Source: Oikopleura dioica
Taxonomy: Eukaryota; Animalia; Chordata
DNA length: 64,000 nucleotides
Reading direction: 5' to 3'
Assembly: GCA_907165135.1 (NCBI GenBank)
Contig: OU015569.1
Span: 4,526,001 to 4,590,000 of the forward strand
Shown: positions 58,102-64,000 of the stretch, piece by piece
Layout: each line of letters opens with the position of its first letter
Numbering within the stretch: the first letter of the stretch is position 1
Notes under the pieces: model-generated
The model's database searches: none
What the model saw: only the letters and a program-made list of their open reading frames with translations
Told to the model about the DNA's origin: nothing
Made by a program: the position numbers and the translations under genes

Positions 58102-60915
58102 ATGCACTCGAACATCCATGTTACACCCTTCTCCAAGGACCAACTGTATCAATCCCCTAAACAGCGCAAAATCGTAGGTCGCAATGCAGGAAAGTGGACA
58201 ATGAACTCCGATCGACCTCTCAGATACAACGGTCAAGGTAATGATGACGTAGCCACATCAGCCAATCAGCGAGAGGGGCGGAATAATTCGAATTTCTCAC
58301 ATCCCAACGGTTCCCGCGAAACAACAACCAACGGTCCAAATGAAGTAAACAAGGTCAAGAGAGTAAAAGAGAACATCAGAAGAAGGATTAGGAAGAAAAT
58401 GAAAGATCTGGCCCAGCTTAGCCAAACCATTGTTTCTGTCGACAAAACCAATAACTTCGATCCTGAATCACTCTCTACAACAAATTACTCTAGTCACAAG
58501 CATTTCAATAAACAATGTAGCTTTAGACTCTCGACATCGGTTGAACCTGGGAAAATCCCCGAGAAGAACAAAACAAATGCATCTGGAGACACCCCGTTTA
58601 ATGGCAGTTGCACGGAAAAGTTTTTCATTCCACCAGAGAACCAAACTAACAACAGTAAAAGCTGCAGAAAATCTTTAGCGGCTACGTTTGAAGGTATGTC
58701 ACGACAATTCGGAGCAATTCCGAAGAACTCCAACCGCTTTGAACCATACAACAGAGGAGGCAATAGACGCAACGTGGGCAACACTACAGATGAATTTCTG
58801 GATACATTCAATGCCACTGCTCTCGGTCGCAAAAATGATGAAGGTAAGTTTAACAGCCAACCGGTTTTGCCCCAGAACCTTCTTAACCATTGTAAGGAAG
58901 TGCCACCATATAAAAACAACATAATTCGGCAAAACACAACACCGAAAATTGACAATTTAGGATTTGGCGAGGAGGAAGATCACATGCCTCTACTTGACGA
59001 GTCTGAACAGGTGGACACAGAAGTCATGCAACTCGCCGAGGGAATAGCCATCTCCACGAAAAAAGGCTCAGAAATTAACGGAGTCTCCTCCAAGGTCGTC
59101 AATCTGGAATTCTTCGAGGATAACTACCAAATCCCAGCGTCAAGAGAAATCAGAATAACATTGAGCAGCAACGAAAACAACTCCATCTACGTCAAGAATC
59201 AAGGGGATAACGTTCTTCAGCGATCTTATATGGGGGCCCTTAACCGACCAAGAGACTCCCTTAATTTCGCTGGCAAAATCTTCATCTCAAAAAACTTCCC
59301 TCGGGACCGCGCGTTTGAAAACTTCTGGGAACAAGATGACCTGCTTCACGGATACAAGTTTCCGGATGGTCTACCCCGCCCAATAATGTCGAAAGAACGA
59401 GGCCCCTTCGTGTGGAGAGGCAAAGAATGGAGAAATCATCTTCAGGTTAACACAACAACCAGTGTCCTGATTCACGCTCTTTTCATACTCGGGTTTGACT
59501 ATCGGAACAATAGGCAGCGCATTCCAATGGAAATCATCCAGCTTTCTGACGATGGAACCGAGGAACTATGCATCGATGTGGAAGAAGAGGGGATCCAACT
59601 CGGGAAATACATTACCGGAGTCAGATTTAAATCAAACTTCATGACATACATATTCATGTACTTCTTCCCAAGCCTCCTCGCCCAATGGGAACCCCTAGGT
59701 CTTCTCATCAATTGCGAACTGTTTAACGCTAGCCTTGGATTGGTAGACGATCAGAGCATCCGAAATCAAGGCCAAGTTACTTGGCAATCCGTCATCCATC
59801 CAGCACTCATCTCGACAGTAATCAACCGGGTGCTGAACGTTGCTTATAAGATCCTGGACAACTTCCCCACGAGCGTCACTTTCGACTCCCCCCAATTTAA
59901 CAAGGCGATTGGGGTTACTCCCATTTCAACCCTCCTTGGTCCAAATTCAGAGCTAATGGTAGGACTCCGAGTCCCAAATTCAATTTACCCAGGGCTGAAA
60001 AAGATGCTCCATACCTTCTCGAGCTCATTCAAGTCCACACTCAACCGCAATACCGGTCTCGAAAGCTTAAGCCGTGCGAAACAACCTCATCCCCGTTTCT
60101 CAATGGTCTGGACAAAGGAGCGTTACTTAGGCAAAGGAATCCCAATGAAAAGCATCATCATACGTGAGATCGAAAGGCTACGTAAAGAACGACGGGGAAC
60201 GTCCGGACGAATCCCATACAGAACCATCGAAGAATTCCTGGAGATCGAAGAGAAGGAAACCAAACAAAAAGTTCAAGCTCATGCTTCTACTCACGTCAAG
60301 GCCCTGGACAACCTTAACGCCAAAAGCGAATTTCAGAACAATCAGCTAGCCTGGGTCGAACTCTCTAAGCAAAACGGCTACGAAACCCTAACTGCCGAAC
60401 AAAAGAACACCCGAATCCGCGAGCTAATGGCTGAGTTAGGTAACGAAAAACTAGTCAAAATTAGAAACCTGAACGAGGCCCTACTCATAATCAACTGTTC
60501 AGAAAGCAAAGCGGCTCCCAACTGCAGCATTTCCGATCAGAACATGGAAACGAACAAGACCAAAACCTTGGGCGACCTTCCAGAAGGTATCTCCGTAATC
60601 GAAGAAGGGAGCGAACTCGGAAGTAGAGTCACCCTCGAGCGGCACAATGGCTGCTCCCCTTCTGAAATCTCGTCGGACCAACAAGGAATTGGGAACAACC
60701 AAGGCAACAACACTTCAGCACGGAAGTCTTCCTTCAACCAGTTCCGAGCCGACCATCCTGTGAGCACTTCGGAAATGCGGCAGGAAGCACTGCCAGCGGA
60801 TTTGCCTCGTCCACTGGACCTGATGCCTCGAGATACCCCCAATGAAGATGCCGGAATGGAGTCTGAAGAACAATGCACGGAGTCGGAACAAGTATCTGCT
60901 AACTCAAAAAACTAA
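58102..60915 (+). CDS. Retrotransposon ORF1 (first ATG 58102; ~937 aa), no recognisable zinc knuckle or RRM
   Basis: ORF track 58012-60915. Low-complexity Asn/Ser-rich N-terminus, basic helix VKRVKENIRRRIRKKMKDL, globular middle, acidic tail. Confidence 0.8.
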   Translation: MHSNIHVTPFSKDQLYQSPKQRKIVGRNAGKWTMNSDRPLRYNGQGNDDVATSANQREGRNNSNFSHPNGSRETTTNGPNEVNKVKRVKENIRRRIRKKMKDLAQLSQTIVSVDKTNNFDPESLSTTNYSSHKHFNKQCSFRLSTSVEPGKIPEKNKTNASGDTPFNGSCTEKFFIPPENQTNNSKSCRKSLAATFEGMSRQFGAIPKNSNRFEPYNRGGNRRNVGNTTDEFLDTFNATALGRKNDEGKFNSQPVLPQNLLNHCKEVPPYKNNIIRQNTTPKIDNLGFGEEEDHMPLLDESEQVDTEVMQLAEGIAISTKKGSEINGVSSKVVNLEFFEDNYQIPASREIRITLSSNENNSIYVKNQGDNVLQRSYMGALNRPRDSLNFAGKIFISKNFPRDRAFENFWEQDDLLHGYKFPDGLPRPIMSKERGPFVWRGKEWRNHLQVNTTTSVLIHALFILGFDYRNNRQRIPMEIIQLSDDGTEELCIDVEEEGIQLGKYITGVRFKSNFMTYIFMYFFPSLLAQWEPLGLLINCELFNASLGLVDDQSIRNQGQVTWQSVIHPALISTVINRVLNVAYKILDNFPTSVTFDSPQFNKAIGVTPISTLLGPNSELMVGLRVPNSIYPGLKKMLHTFSSSFKSTLNRNTGLESLSRAKQPHPRFSMVWTKERYLGKGIPMKSIIIREIERLRKERRGTSGRIPYRTIEEFLEIEEKETKQKVQAHASTHVKALDNLNAKSEFQNNQLAWVELSKQNGYETLTAEQKNTRIRELMAELGNEKLVKIRNLNEALLIINCSESKAAPNCSISDQNMETNKTKTLGDLPEGISVIEEGSELGSRVTLERHNGCSPSEISSDQQGIGNNQGNNTSARKSSFNQFRADHPVSTSEMRQEALPADLPRPLDLMPRDTPNEDAGMESEEQCTESEQVSANSKN

Positions 60916-63900
60916 TTCAGGAGCCTGACAGTGAAGCACAGTCAGGCTCCGCCTCTCTCTCCTCGTTGGCATGCCGCCTCAACGAAATGCAAACAAGCTC
61001 GGAACAATGGACTCCGACAAGAAAATCGGCTAGAATTAAGAATCGTAAGACACCGAAGCCAGGATCACCTGGACTCAAATCCATTCAAGAAGGACCTAAA
61101 TGCCCCAGGGCTAAAAGAGCGGCTCCCGAAAGCACCGATGACAACGTCCACACTGAAAAGAGGAGCAAACTTATGGGTAACCCCAAAGAAGGTAGTTGTA
61201 AGTTCTCCATTCCTCCCTTAACACCTTTTGAATTAGGACGCCCGGAAAGGAATGTTCATACTGAAGTTAATCCCCAGATCCCTGACACTATAACAGCCCT
61301 CGACAACTCCAGGGCACCCAACGCTCATTCGGAAGTGACATTAACCGAAGCTGAAGCCCTACCATCTGCCGAAGACCTGGACGACTTTCTCTCGACCTCC
61401 GAAAGCGACCCCTCCATTTTAAGCACCATCAGCTCGAGGGACTTGGAAGATGTACAAAAAGAAATCCAAAGCAGAGCCAACTGCCTTAAGGCCTCGACGC
61501 CACTGAAAACAAGACAAAGCCGAACTTCGAAAGCGAAAGTGCTCCTGGTAAATGAGGCGGAAGTGGAGCAATTTATCAGAGATAAAGCCGTTGACAAAAA
61601 TGGACAAGATGGCTCTCCAGGGAAAGCCGACCCATTCAACAACTCAATGGCGCTCCCATCTGAAGATGTTGAACAACTCTTAGCTCTCCTTGGCGAAATC
61701 AGAACTGTGGAGGAGGTCTGTGAGGACGATGGCAACTTGGTGATTGCTAAGTCCTATGATCTTTACAAAAGAAACCTGGCACACGCGCATAAAACTCGCA
61801 AAAGTGTCAGCCGATTCTTCAACCAAGTGGCGCAATTCGTAGACACGAGACGAAGATCTAGGTCGAACTGGTACATTGCATGCTTCCTGGCTGTAAACGA
61901 CACTATCAAAGAACTGAAAGAGATTTGCAACCGAAAAGATGATGACCCCTTTTTCCCCGCCAACCAACTAGACCCAACCTTTGACAAGTTAGCGCTGAAA
62001 GATATACTGGAGAAGCTCAAGAGTATTCAAAAGGTGAAGGAGAATGCGCGGGCAGTGGTCGAATTCCACGTTGTCAATCCTGACCTCATCTTCAGCATGA
62101 CGCCCATCCCCAAGTCAATTAGCGTTTTTAATCTTGTTGAACGGTCGGCGGTAAAAGCGAGAAATCGTTACGGCTGGAAAACGAAGGATATTTCCAAGGG
62201 TGAGGATGTTACAAAGATCTGGGCAGCGAACTTCAACTTGAATTTCCTGAAGAAGAACGGAATTCGCTGCGCGTTTGGCCGTTTCGACTCGGAACATAAT
62301 AACTTTCACCTCCAACAGCGATTTTGCCTAAAGGTATGCCCCAAAAGGAAAGAAGGAGCATTTTCCAAACGAGAAAGCAGCCCTGCAATTAGTGATGCGC
62401 TAATAGTAGAAACAGTCAGAAGTAAACTCATAAAGGATTTTCACTGCCCCATCTCGTTAGACAATGTGAACCAAATCAATTCCTCTTTTCTGAGCGGTAA
62501 AATCTCCCAAGAAGGACTCGATTGGATCGAGTCCCTTGGTCAAAACCCCAAGAAATCACTGACAAAGCTCATCCTTTCCCCTGTTTCCAATATCTCTCAC
62601 ATAAATCTCATTAGGTCCGATCGGGAATCGAACAAGAAGGGGAGGGAAGTGAAGAAAAAGGAGAAACTACTGGAGGACATTAAGAAAGGTAAAATCCCCA
62701 ATTGCATTTATCCAGAAAACTTAATCAGCCCTAGTGAATTCGCCAAAGCAACAGTCTCCAACGCCCTTTTCCAAAAAATTGATCAAGCGCTTCATCACCC
62801 AGCCCGACACCTCAAAAAGAGAAGAGTCGTGAAAGAAAAACCTCCACATGGATGTACACATTTCGAAAGCCCCTTTCTGCCCTGCATTGACAACCCGTCA
62901 AACTCTGACATTCATAAACTGAATTCTTACTGCAAGGAACTGAACACATTTAATAAAAATAATGCTCGCAAACTAAATCTAATCAACATAAACCCAGGCA
63001 AAGCAAAGAGCACAGGAGAAACGCTACGACTAATCAGCAGCCAAAGTGATGAGACTGATTTATTCATGATCAACGAAATCAGGCTCGAAATGGACATCCT
63101 ACTCACATCCGATCTGTGGCCCGAAGGCTATACAGTCTATTCGCACAATGAAAACCCCCTGTACAGCACGGCCTACACGGCAATCATGACCAGGAACTAC
63201 AGCCTCAGCGATAGGGTAATCAGGCATTTCAGTTTCGGAATCTTTACAGGAGTCCATATCAGGAATGAACTCGATCAAGAAGTACTGATTGTGAGTGTCT
63301 ACAGACCGATTGCCAAACAAGATGACAGTTGCTTTTATAAAAAATATCATAACAATAACCAATTGATCTTTGTAGACTGGGTCAGAGAAGCGATCAAGAC
63401 TGCTGGTGATTTGAACCTGCCACTGGTTATTGGAGGCGACTGGAACCTTGATTTTGATGGACGGCCTCAAGACGACTGTGAACTTGTGGACCAACTCAAG
63501 GAAATCCTCAGTGGCTACACAGACATCTGCTCGACTAACACATTCTTCAGAGGTAACAGCAACTCGAGAATTGACCACATCTTCACAAAATCTATTCGAT
63601 TTCATAATTGCAGAAACTTACAGTGGCATAAAAAGCTATCCCTAGATGGCCACAGTGGACAAAGCTTCCAGTTCTACTTCCAAGTCCCGAAGCACAGGAT
63701 GAAGGTCGTCTTCAACAGGAAGCTTGATGAACCGGAACTCATCAAGAAAAAAGCCCTGGGTAAGTTTGATGCAATCTGGGATAGAATAAGGCTAACTGAA
63801 GAGGCGGAGGAGAAGGTAAACCTCATTTTCAACGAAACCCGCAAACTACTAATGAGTTGCTCGAAACCACAGGCAAGAATAGTGGAAGACAAGTTAGAAT

Positions 63901-64000
63901 TCACATACAAACAGAGCAAAGAGCAGGTTAGCTTCATTAATCTCAAAAACATCTGTAGGAATCTTCTCAAATCAGCGAACGACCGGGAAAAAGATGAACT
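60903..64000 (+). CDS. Retrotransposon ORF2 (-1 frame relative to ORF1, open to the window end): linker, SGNH-like segment, APE endonuclease
   Basis: Translated line by line: no stop from 60903 to 64000 (1032 codons), first ATG 60987. APE domain at ~62970-63680. Absent from the ORF track, presumably because it has no stop in the window. Confidence 0.9.
60906..60950 (+). other. Candidate -1 programmed ribosomal frameshift signal
   Basis: A_AAA_AAC (60906-60912) in the ORF1 frame, followed by TAA. After a 7-nt spacer comes a perfect 10-bp stem ggagcctgac (60920-60929) / gtcaggctcc (60941-60950). Confidence 0.75.

Larger units (their letters stand above)
57900..64000 (+). mobile_element. Intact two-ORF APE-type non-LTR retrotransposon (possibly the Oikopleura Odin group); 5' boundary approximate, 3' part incl. 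expected RT beyond the window
   Basis: Intronless 2.9-kb ORF1 and >3.1-kb ORF2. ORF2 has APE/EEP motifs NLININPG, FMINE, IVSVYRP, VIGGDWN, TFFRGNSNSRIDHIFT, DGH. RT is not visible in the window. Confidence 0.88.

Overview
Eukaryotic genomic DNA, most likely from a larvacean tunicate such as Oikopleura. This is inferred from the ~40-nt introns, several GC-AG/GA-AG introns, operon-like gene spacing and an acceptor AG just before many start codons. 1-26.2 kb is very gene-dense: a 7TM+ankyrin gene, a CRAL-TRIO gene, a PHD-like finger gene, a foldback MITE, a signal-peptide+PDZ gene, a WWP/ITCH-type HECT ligase, an AIFM3-like gene with an antisense gene nested in an intron, and a RAD17-like gene. 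RAD17-like sits head-to-head with a five-gene + strand run: an XPF-helicase-like/DEDDh exonuclease fusion, COX17, RECQL5, WDR47 and CDCA3-like. 27-57.9 kb holds one recognisable gene, ARID3 (- strand), within long non-coding flanks that contain two related structured Sm-site RNA candidates and further inverted-repeat elements. From ~57.9 kb to the window end lies an intact APE-type non-LTR retrotransposon. Its ORF1/ORF2 junction carries a textbook -1 ribosomal frameshift signal, and ORF2 has an SGNH-esterase-like segment before the endonuclease. All gene models and family calls were made by eye from translation and remembered family motifs; no searches were run.
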